This document shows, in pieces, positions 7,515 through 15,117 of a DNA stretch of 42,653 bases. The position numbers and the translations under genes were made by a program. The notes beneath the pieces were generated by a model that was not told the DNA's origin, did no database searches, and was given only the letters and a program-made list of their open reading frames with translations. Source of the DNA: a virus; the IMG/VR virus record IMGVR_UViG_3300045988_129816. The stretch is one strand, 5' to 3'. Position 1 is the stretch's first letter. Each line of letters opens with the position of its first letter.

Positions 7515-8381
7515 TTATTGTTCAGTATAAAATTTTTTAATATGCACATTTGAACTTTTTATATTATCAGGAGCATTTTCTAAAAAAGCTTTAGCATAAC
7601 CTGATTCGCCGGGATTTAATACAAAGAGGTTATCCTCATCATCAGTTTTGACAATTTCAAAGTCATTTTTTACTGGCATTTTGCTACCGTCAGTCAATGT
7701 AAATACAGTAGATAATTCAATTAAACGATATGACCGTGTACCTGTATTTGTTACCTTATACTCTGCATTAAACATACCTTTTTCATCTACATCAGCTGAC
7801 ATAACTTCAATTTTTAAAACAGCTGCTGGTTCTTCAATGTTCATTGGAAAATTTCTTTGTTGATATACATATTCGTAACTACCGGAATTGTATATTATAT
7901 CTCCCGATTTAGAAACTACATATTTTCCGCCTTGCAAGTCAAAAGTACCTCGAGAAGGGTGGAGAGTTATTTCATCACCAATGTTAAACATTCCATTATC
8001 AGAAATTATTTGTCCAAGTCCATAGTTGTAGATTATAAGATATTCATTGCGAGAAGTACTATCTAATTGCCAATTTTTACAGCCGGTTAAAAATTTATAC
8101 ATTTCATCTTCGGATTTAAAAGTTTTTCTTTTTGATAAAATTGATATATTAGCGATTAGACTAATTATAATAGTAACAACAATAATAGCAATGGGTATAA
8201 TAATTTTTAATTGTTGTTTTGTCTTTTCCCTTTTTAATGCTAATGTTTGTTGATATACGGCTAATGCTTTTTCTTTTTCAATGTCCTCAAAATGTTTTTT
8301 TACACCATATCCGCAATGAGGACAGGATACGGCGGTCAAGCTAACCTCTTTTCCGCATTCAGGACAGTTAATTAGTGCCAT
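7515..8381 (-). CDS. Zinc-ribbon/TM/DUF4352-like extracytoplasmic-domain membrane protein B (paralogous architecture to A)
   Basis: N-terminal CPEC…CPHC, TM IIIPIAIIVVTIIISLIANISIL, C-terminal Ig-like DUF4352-type pattern (KVTNTGTRSY…FVLNPGESGYAKAFLE). Confidence 0.5.
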   Translation of the reverse strand: MALINCPECGKEVSLTAVSCPHCGYGVKKHFEDIEKEKALAVYQQTLALKREKTKQQLKIIIPIAIIVVTIIISLIANISILSKRKTFKSEDEMYKFLTGCKNWQLDSTSRNEYLIIYNYGLGQIISDNGMFNIGDEITLHPSRGTFDLQGGKYVVSKSGDIIYNSGSYEYVYQQRNFPMNIEEPAAVLKIEVMSADVDEKGMFNAEYKVTNTGTRSYRLIELSTVFTLTDGSKMPVKNDFEIVKTDDEDNLFVLNPGESGYAKAFLENAPDNIKSSNVHIKKFYTEQ

Positions 8382-8467
8382 AAGTGTTACCCCCTTATAT
8401 AAATTATTTATTTTTTCTAACTAACCATAACTCATATACATAATTACGATTAGTCCATTGACGTATT

Positions 8468-8860
8468 TTAATCTTTATTGGTCTTAACCTTTGTATTAAT
8501 TGATACAGGAATAGCGGTATCAATATCAGAAGTTGAGTTTTCGATACTTTTACTTTCTTTCTGCGTATATTTTGGATTTTCAGATAATATTTCAATGTAT
8601 TCATCTGATTTTGCTTTTCCGAGAGCATTTAACTTGTTATATTTGCTATTGGTTAATTTATTTTCGTTACCGAAAACTAAATAGTCAAGACTTACATTAA
8701 AGAAATCTGCAATTTTTCTTAAAGTAGTTAATTTTATATTGTCACAGCCTTTTTTCCAAAAGTTATCTATTGTTTTATATGGAATATTGGCTTGCTGAGA
8801 AAAGGAATGTTTATTTAAATTATGTAATTTCATCAACTTTTCTAAATTTTCCAAAAACAC
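8468..8860 (-). CDS. cI-like repressor, XRE-family HTH (no S24 peptidase domain)
   Basis: HTH_3 pattern (QQANIPYKTIDNFWKKG…IKLTTLRKIADFFNVSLDYLV); GTG start with AGAGGTG RBS; divergent from cro-like gene. Confidence 0.75.
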   Translation of the reverse strand: MFLENLEKLMKLHNLNKHSFSQQANIPYKTIDNFWKKGCDNIKLTTLRKIADFFNVSLDYLVFGNENKLTNSKYNKLNALGKAKSDEYIEILSENPKYTQKESKSIENSTSDIDTAIPVSINTKVKTNKD

Positions 8861-8882
8861 AAATAATCACCTCTTTTACACT

Positions 8883-8911
8883 ATGATAACATACCTTTTT
8901 ATCTATGTCAA
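8883..8911 (-). promoter_or_regulatory. Leftward (cI/lysogeny operon) promoter TTGACA-17-TATCAT
   Basis: Minus-strand -35 at 8906-8911, -10 at 8883-8888. Confidence 0.5.
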
Positions 8912-8919
8912 GAAAGAAA

Positions 8920-8999
8920 TTGCCCCAAAGGGCAAAAAAAGTATTGACAACTTGCCATATATGGCATATAATATAAAATAAATTAGCCATACAGGGCAA
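8920..8999. promoter_or_regulatory. Tripartite operator: O1 TTGCCC-caaa-GGGCAA (8920-8935), O2 TGCCATATATGGCA (8953-8966), O3 TAGCCA-taca-GGGCAA (8984-8999); centres 32 bp apart
   Basis: Palindromes with shared half-site TTGCC/GGCAA read directly; O2 lies in the spacer of the rightward promoter. Confidence 0.6.
8944..8972 (+). promoter_or_regulatory. Rightward early promoter, perfect consensus TTGACA-17-TATAAT
   Basis: -35 8944-8949, -10 8967-8972; followed by AGGAGG RBS and cro-like gene. Confidence 0.7.
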
Positions 9000-9015
9000 A
9001 TAGGAGGTGAGAACC

Positions 9016-9228
9016 ATGTATAAAAATTTAGAAAATGTTCTTTCAAGTAAAAACATCAGTAAAAAAAGTTTGGCAGAGTTTTTAGGAGTAAATGAAAAGA
9101 CTATTCAACACAGATTTTCAGGCAAAACAGATTGGACATTAAAAGAAATTACAAAAATAAATAAGTTTCTATGTCCGGAATATAAGTTAGAGTATTTGTT
9201 TGATATAGACAGCAGTGACGTAGCATAA
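9016..9228 (+). CDS. Cro-like HTH regulator
   Basis: ISKKSLAEFLGVNEKTIQHRFSG HTH; AGGAGG 8 nt upstream of ATG 9016; divergent from cI. Confidence 0.65.
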   Translation: MYKNLENVLSSKNISKKSLAEFLGVNEKTIQHRFSGKTDWTLKEITKINKFLCPEYKLEYLFDIDSSDVA

Positions 9229-9440
9229 AAACAAATAATGAGGCGGAAAGGTGGGGGGAAGATGAATAACTATGACATAAGAATAGAAATTCAAGAGGCG
9301 AAGTTAAAGAAATTCTTGATAAATTGAACGAGGCACAGGAAACAATTTATAATTGCTACAATCGACTTCAAGAAATCGGAGTTTTGACATTAAAAGAAAA
9401 GCCGACAGTGGTAACTGATGTAAAGTGCAAGGGAAAGTAG

Positions 9441-9665
9441 GTGACGAAGATGCAAAAAGCTAAGAAAGTATTAAATCATTTTGGATATAATGAAAGTCAA
9501 TTTGATATATCCGATGTTTATACGGGACATCGTAAAAAAACAGTAAATGAAATATTTGAAAAGATAGCACTTGCAAATCTTTTGGAAAGTGATAAAAAAG
9601 TTAGGGTCACAATAGAATATGACCCCAACTATGAAGATTTCTTAATACTTGTTACGGACACTTAA
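9441..9665 (+). CDS. Hypothetical early protein
   Basis: ORF with upstream GAAAG(GT)AGGTG RBS. Confidence 0.4.
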   Translation: MTKMQKAKKVLNHFGYNESQFDISDVYTGHRKKTVNEIFEKIALANLLESDKKVRVTIEYDPNYEDFLILVTDT

Positions 9666-9694
9666 AGTATGTGCGGCGGAAAGGTGGGGTGAAG

Positions 9695-9892
9695 ATGTCA
9701 AAAATGAATACAATGACAAAAGTTAAAAAACTTCCTTTTGGTACTAATGTAAGAGTGGTTATAAGTTTAAAAGTTGACAATTTTAATTTAAACGACCAAA
9801 AGGAAGTGTGGAAATATTTCGGGGAATGTTCAGATACTTTTTCTCTATGTCGTATTCCTTGCGTTGTAGGAGAAGTAAAGGCAGTAACTTAG
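9695..9892 (+). CDS. Hypothetical early protein
   Basis: ATG 9695 preceded by GGCGGAAAGGTGGGGTGAAG RBS block. Confidence 0.4.
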   Translation: MSKMNTMTKVKKLPFGTNVRVVISLKVDNFNLNDQKEVWKYFGECSDTFSLCRIPCVVGEVKAVT

Positions 9893-9909
9893 TTACTGCC
9901 AATAATCAG

Positions 9910-10086
9910 TTAATCATTAAGTTGTTGTTTAATGCTTTCAATAACTTCACGAAATTCATCTTCAGCTATGTGCATTGGATAATTGCAGTTAGGACAATCC
10001 ACATAACCTTTTACGAATTTCCAAGTTACAATGATAGGTTGCTTGCATTTTGGACAACAACTACCATAGGACATTGAAGATATTTC
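9910..10086 (-). CDS. Small zinc-ribbon protein on the opposite strand (CPKC…CPNC)
   Basis: Minus-strand ORF VEISSMSYGSCCPKCKQPIIVTWKFVKGYVDCPNCNYPMHIAEDEF…; GGAAAGGAGG 7 nt upstream of GTG; below the 60-aa cut-off of the ORF track. Confidence 0.45.
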   Translation of the reverse strand, partial: EISSMSYGSCCPKCKQPIIVTWKFVKGYVDCPNCNYPMHIAEDEFREVIESIKQQLND

Positions 10087-10281
10087 CACAAAAAGACCTC
10101 CTTTCCGCTTGATTATATCATAGAGGAATGGAGGCGGTCAATAAAGTTGATGTACAGTAAAATAAAAAAGCCTGCAAGGTTTTCACCTCACAGGCAGACG
10201 GCATATAAGATATACCACAATGTAGCAATTAAAGTATATCATATTATGCCGAAGATTTCAATAGAAACGGAGGACATTGTT

Positions 10282-10425
10282 ATGGATTTGAAAGAATACA
10301 GTACAGCGGAAACGGTAGATATAAAATCTATTCCGGCAGAAGTATATGACATTATTGCTCAAATTCTTATCAGAGAATATACAGAGCAGTTTTACGAAGA
10401 AGATGAACAAGTAGCAGTATGGTAA
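10282..10425 (+). CDS. Small acidic hypothetical protein (ORF-track 5' extension to 10147 doubtful)
   Basis: ACGGAGGA RBS 7 nt before ATG 10282. Confidence 0.3.
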   Translation: MDLKEYSTAETVDIKSIPAEVYDIIAQILIREYTEQFYEEDEQVAVW

Positions 10426-10441
10426 AAGGAGATATTAAATT

Positions 10442-10645
10442 ATGAATGGATTGGCATTTTTATTAATGATGTTGTCACAAATGAACCCGGAAGACTTGGT
10501 AATGCAGTTAAAAGAGCCGTTAAAAAACGACCAAAGAAAAGATTTTAAAGAAAAAAATCTAAGCACGGAGGCTCAAATTTTAACGTGCCGTCTTTTGAAA
10601 ATGGTATTCAGCGAGTTGGAAGAGGAGATAAGCAATGAAAAGTAA
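10442..10645 (+). CDS. Hypothetical early protein
   Basis: ORF; AAGGAG-like RBS upstream. Confidence 0.4.
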   Translation: MNGLAFLLMMLSQMNPEDLVMQLKEPLKNDQRKDFKEKNLSTEAQILTCRLLKMVFSELEEEISNEK

Positions 10646-10886
10646 TGAAATACATATATATCCGCAGACGGAGGGGGAATTTTTTCGCCGCCGATTAAAG
10701 CGATTGAAGAAAGAAAATCGCAACAGAATATTTTTGATTTCGGTTATTTGTGCTTTGGAGTTTGTATTGATTTTAGCAATATGCGGAATATGCAACGACA
10801 AGCAAAACAGTATAGACCAACAAACATATCAAATTAGGCAGCTTGAACGGCAGCTTGAACAATTCAACAGAGGTGAGTCTGAATGA
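10635..10886 (+). CDS. Small membrane protein
   Basis: TM IFLISVICALEFVLILAICGI; overlapping start/stop with neighbours. Confidence 0.4.
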   Translation: MKSNEIHIYPQTEGEFFRRRLKRLKKENRNRIFLISVICALEFVLILAICGICNDKQNSIDQQTYQIRQLERQLEQFNRGESE

Positions 10887-11242
10887 GTTGGTATCAGATA
10901 CTTCTGCAAATTCTTGCGGCGGTAACAGCAGATGCAATTATATGTTGTATCTGTTTATTTATCTTCTTTCGCTGCAAGAAAATAATAAAGGACAGGCAAC
11001 AAAGGAAAAGACATATCAAACAGAGAGAAATTGAACGAAAGCGAGCATTGGCACATCACGAATATGAAGTACAATTCCGAATGGCGTTGCGTATATGGGA
11101 CTTAGAAAATAAAAAAGTCAATAAACAAACGGTAATTTTAAAGGGCATCTATGCGACACCTGAAGGTGAAAAGGTAATTCGTGAGTATGAAAAAGAGGGA
11201 GTGCAAAATGGAGTACATAGAGTTTCTAAAATCGAAGATTGA
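10883..11242 (+). CDS. Small membrane protein with basic coiled-coil tail
   Basis: TM ILLQILAAVTADAIICCICLFIFF. Confidence 0.4.
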   Translation: MSWYQILLQILAAVTADAIICCICLFIFFRCKKIIKDRQQRKRHIKQREIERKRALAHHEYEVQFRMALRIWDLENKKVNKQTVILKGIYATPEGEKVIREYEKEGVQNGVHRVSKIED

Positions 11243-13715
11243 TATTGCACCAAAAACAGGGATAGAAATTTCAGAGGAAGATGTAAACCCGATATTGAAA
11301 CCGCACCAAAGAGATGCGGTTATATGGGCGGTCAGAGGCGGCAGACGTGCCTTGTTTGAAAGTTTCGGTCTTGGAAAAACCGTACAAGCGTTGGAATGGT
11401 GCAATATCATAACAAGAAAAGAGGGCGGACAAGCATTGATTGTCTTACCTCTTGGGGTAAAACAAGAATTTAAGAGAGATGCGGTAGAATTGTTAGGCTT
11501 GGACGAGCCTCAATATGTCCGCAATATGAATGAAGTACAGGCAGCTACAAGTCGAATTGTGCTTACAAATTATGAGAGAGTGAGGGACGGAGATATAGAC
11601 CCGACATATTTCAAGGCGGTGTCACTTGACGAGGCGGCAGTGTTGCGAAGTTTCGGTAGTAAGACATATCAGACGTTTTTACAGAAGTTTAAGGGAATAC
11701 CGTATAAGTTGGTTAATACGGCGACACCATCGCCGAATAAATATAAAGAATTGATACATTACGGCGGTTTCTTGGAAGTGATGGACACAGGTCAAGCCTT
11801 AACAAGATTTTTTAAGCGTGACAGTACCAAAGCAAATCATTTAACGCTATATCCCGAGCGTGAAGATGAATTTTGGGTTTGGTTGTCATCGTGGGCGTTG
11901 TTTATAACAAAACCGTCCGATTTAGGCTATGATGATACGGGGTACGATTTGCCGCCGTTAAAAATCAATTATCACAAACTGTCAGATAGCGGAGTTACTG
12001 TTGACCGTGACGGTCAGTTTGAATTAACAAGAGATTTGGCACTGTCATTATCTGAATGTGCGGCGGAAAAGCGGAACAGCATTGACCGTAGAGTAGCGGT
12101 TGCCAAAAGCATTATAGACAGTGAACCCGACAACAATTTTATAATATGGCACGATTTGGAGGCGGAAAGACACGCAATCAAAAAGGCAATTCCGAATGTT
12201 GTAGATATATACGGCTCGCAAGATTATGATTTGCGTGAAAAGCGTGTTATAGATTTTTCAAATGGAAAAACAAGACTATTTGCCACCAAAAAAGAATTGA
12301 GCGGCAGTGGCTGCAATTTTCAAAAACATTGTCACAGGGCGATATTTTTGGGAATAGACTATGAGTTTAACGATTTCATACAGGCGGTACATAGAATATA
12401 TCGTTTTCTTCAAACCGAGCAGGTTGTTATTGATATTATTCTCACCGAAAATGAGGAGGGTATTTTAGATGTGTTGCTGAAAAAGTGGCAACAACATAAT
12501 TATTTAACAAAGAAAATGACCGATATTATAAAAAGATACGGTTTATCAAATGCGAATACTTCGCAATTAGAAAGAAAGTTAGGTGTGGAAAGAGTGCAAG
12601 TAAACGGGGATAACTATACGGCAATACTTAACGATTGCGTGGAAGAAACGAAGAAAATGAAGAAAAATAGTATTGATTTGATACATACGAGTATCCCGTT
12701 CAGTAACCACTACGAATACTCTGCAAACTATAACGACTTCGGGCATAATGCAACAACGGCGAAATTCTTTGAGCAAATGGACTTTTTAACTCCGGAACTT
12801 TACAGAATTTTAAAACCGGGCAGAGTTGCGGCAATTCATGTTAAAGACAGAGTTTTGTTCGGTAATGCGACAGGTACGGGAATGCCAACAATAGAACCGT
12901 TTCACGTCTATACAATAGAGCATTACATAAAACACGGTTTTCAATATTTCGGTATGATAACGGTCATAACCGATGTTGTGCGTGAAAATAATCAAACCTA
13001 CCGATTAGGGTGGACTGAAAACTGTAAAGACGGCAGTAAGATGGGTGTCGGTTGCCCTGAATATATTTTGTTATTCCGAAAGCTACCGACAGATACCTCA
13101 AAAGCGTATGCGGACGTTCCGGTGGTAAAGTCGAAAGATGAATACACAAAAGGACAATGGCAGATAGATGCACACGCATTCTATCGCAGTGACGGTAACA
13201 GACTTGTAAGCAAGGAAGAACTATCGAGAATGTCACAAAGTGCATTGCAAAAATTGTATAAGAAATATAGCCGTAATAATGTTTACGACTACAAAAAACA
13301 CGTTGAGTTGGCAAATGAGTTAGACAAAAACGGAAAGTTGCCGTCAACGTTTATGTTAATTCCGCCTGCTTCGTGGTGCGATGAGGTGTGGGACGACATA
13401 AACAGAATGAACACGTTAAATACGCAACAGAGCAGACGGAAAGCAACAATGCACGTTTGCCCGTTGCAGATTGATATTGTTAAACGAATTATAAACCGAT
13501 ATTCAAATGCCGGCGATACGGTGTTTGACCCGTTTGCAGGATTATTTACTGTACCGTATATTGCGGTAAAAATGGGTAGATACGGAATAGGAACAGAATT
13601 AAATGCTGACTATTTCCGTGACGGTGTGGGTTATTTGAAATCTACGGACGAAGTAACAGACCAACTCACACTGTTCGATTTAATGGAAAGTGAGGAAAGC
13701 CAAAATGCAAGTTAA
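11208..13715 (+). CDS. Fusion protein: N-terminal SF2/SNF2-like helicase domain plus C-terminal beta-class N6-adenine/N4-cytosine DNA methyltransferase
   Basis: Helicase motif I FGLGKT, II SLDEAA, III TATP, VI QAVHRIYR. MTase motif IV SIPFSNHYEY precedes motif I VFDPFAGLFTV (beta-class order). AAAGAGGGAG RBS before ATG 11208. Confidence 0.75.
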   Translation: MEYIEFLKSKIDIAPKTGIEISEEDVNPILKPHQRDAVIWAVRGGRRALFESFGLGKTVQALEWCNIITRKEGGQALIVLPLGVKQEFKRDAVELLGLDEPQYVRNMNEVQAATSRIVLTNYERVRDGDIDPTYFKAVSLDEAAVLRSFGSKTYQTFLQKFKGIPYKLVNTATPSPNKYKELIHYGGFLEVMDTGQALTRFFKRDSTKANHLTLYPEREDEFWVWLSSWALFITKPSDLGYDDTGYDLPPLKINYHKLSDSGVTVDRDGQFELTRDLALSLSECAAEKRNSIDRRVAVAKSIIDSEPDNNFIIWHDLEAERHAIKKAIPNVVDIYGSQDYDLREKRVIDFSNGKTRLFATKKELSGSGCNFQKHCHRAIFLGIDYEFNDFIQAVHRIYRFLQTEQVVIDIILTENEEGILDVLLKKWQQHNYLTKKMTDIIKRYGLSNANTSQLERKLGVERVQVNGDNYTAILNDCVEETKKMKKNSIDLIHTSIPFSNHYEYSANYNDFGHNATTAKFFEQMDFLTPELYRILKPGRVAAIHVKDRVLFGNATGTGMPTIEPFHVYTIEHYIKHGFQYFGMITVITDVVRENNQTYRLGWTENCKDGSKMGVGCPEYILLFRKLPTDTSKAYADVPVVKSKDEYTKGQWQIDAHAFYRSDGNRLVSKEELSRMSQSALQKLYKKYSRNNVYDYKKHVELANELDKNGKLPSTFMLIPPASWCDEVWDDINRMNTLNTQQSRRKATMHVCPLQIDIVKRIINRYSNAGDTVFDPFAGLFTVPYIAVKMGRYGIGTELNADYFRDGVGYLKSTDEVTDQLTLFDLMESEESQNAS

Positions 13716-14823
13716 ATTTATGAGAGAAGAAATAATGAGGGCAATTAATATTGTTAATCGAGGTGTAACCAAAGATACGGTTGTAGCTTTGGGCGGCATT
13801 ATGATACAGGCAAACAGTGATAATACTGTTGCGATAACAAGTTATAGTGCCAATATTTGCGTTAAGTATATTATGAATGCGGAAGTAAAAAGTGCAGGTA
13901 GTTTTGTTGTAGATGCAAAGCTATTTGATAACATTGCCAAAAAGTTTAACGGTGAGTATATAAATCTTGATTGCGATGATAAATTTGTTGTCAATTTGAA
14001 AAGTGGTAAATCAAAGATTAAAATTCAAGGACAATCGGCAGAAGCATATCCGAAGATTGAAAATGTTAAAGATACTTCATCTTTTAGTCTGTCGTGCAGT
14101 CAGTTAAAAAACATTTTAAAAAAAACAATTCCTTTTGCGGCGGTAAGTGCGGCAAAAAAGCCGATTTTAGTGGGAGTATTGTTTGAAATCGAGAACGGCA
14201 CATTGCATAATGTTGCAAGTGACGGTTTGAGAGTGGCATATACACAAACTTCCGTCAATGCGGATTGTGAAAATAATTCAATGGTGATTTGCTTAGAGGC
14301 GTTGAAAGAAATCGCAAAGGTGACACCCGATATTGATACTAAAATAAAAATTCGTTTTGATAGCCGCAACGTTGTATTTGAATATGAAAATTATATCATA
14401 ACTGCTCGAATATTGAGCGGACAGTATTTGAAATATAAGAGCCTAATGAATAACACACCAACCGTCAAAGCAACGGTGGACAAGCACAAATTTAAAGAAA
14501 CTTTGGAGCGTGGTTTGTTAATTGTTAATACGGATATGCTGCTTGACGGCAAAAAGTTTCAGAAAACACCTGTCGTTTTGTCTATCGGTAATGACAAAAT
14601 ACAACTTGAGGCGGAAACTCAAAAAGGCACTGTAAAAGATGATTGTGCGGCGGAATGCGAGGGTGAATTAAGGATAGGTTTTAACTGCGAGTATTTGATT
14701 GATATGATTTCAGTGTGTGACAGTGAAACTATTACACTTGAGATGTCAAATGCAGTGTCAGCAGTATATGTACATGACACGGAAAATACAACATATTTAG
14801 TGTTGCCGGTAAGATTGAAGTAA
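13705..14823 (+). CDS. dnaN: DNA polymerase III beta sliding clamp homologue
   Basis: Co-linear with E. coli DnaN from memory (ALGGIMIQA…, ASDGLRVA versus ATDGHRLA, C-terminus YLVLPVRL versus YVVMPMRL); about 373 aa. Confidence 0.8.
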   Translation: MQVKFMREEIMRAINIVNRGVTKDTVVALGGIMIQANSDNTVAITSYSANICVKYIMNAEVKSAGSFVVDAKLFDNIAKKFNGEYINLDCDDKFVVNLKSGKSKIKIQGQSAEAYPKIENVKDTSSFSLSCSQLKNILKKTIPFAAVSAAKKPILVGVLFEIENGTLHNVASDGLRVAYTQTSVNADCENNSMVICLEALKEIAKVTPDIDTKIKIRFDSRNVVFEYENYIITARILSGQYLKYKSLMNNTPTVKATVDKHKFKETLERGLLIVNTDMLLDGKKFQKTPVVLSIGNDKIQLEAETQKGTVKDDCAAECEGELRIGFNCEYLIDMISVCDSETITLEMSNAVSAVYVHDTENTTYLVLPVRLK

Positions 14824-14841
14824 GCGAGGGAGTGATAACAG

Positions 14842-15117
14842 ATGTCAAAAAAGAGAGTTAAAATCGGTGCGATGTACCGCGAATATGGTGAATTGGAGGG
14901 AGTGGTATGTCGTAATTGCTGCAATTTCACAGCAATAGCAGTTGACGGAAAACGTCACTGCAAATGCAGGGCATATGGCATAACGCATGACATCAATACA
15001 AATTGGAGTAATAGATATACGGCGTGTGGATTGTATAACACGCCGATAGACAATAAAAAGTACAAACCACTGGTAAGAGATAGGGCAAGGAGTGATGGTG
15101 ATGAACGCACAAATTAA
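14842..15117 (+). CDS. Cys-rich small protein, possible zinc-binding
   Basis: CRNCCN…CKCRAYG…C; GAGGGAG RBS. Confidence 0.4.
   Translation: MSKKRVKIGAMYREYGELEGVVCRNCCNFTAIAVDGKRHCKCRAYGITHDINTNWSNRYTACGLYNTPIDNKKYKPLVRDRARSDGDERTN

Noticed and set aside
9808-10077. Plus-strand 89-aa ORF
   Set aside because: It overlaps the end of the 9695-9892 gene in another frame and has no RBS. The minus-strand frame here encodes a Cys4 zinc-ribbon protein with a strong RBS, so the plus ORF is taken as its shadow.
10147-10281. 5' extension of the 10147-10425 ORF
   Set aside because: The N-terminal part is low-complexity and overlaps a likely promoter/hairpin region. A good RBS precedes the internal ATG 10282.
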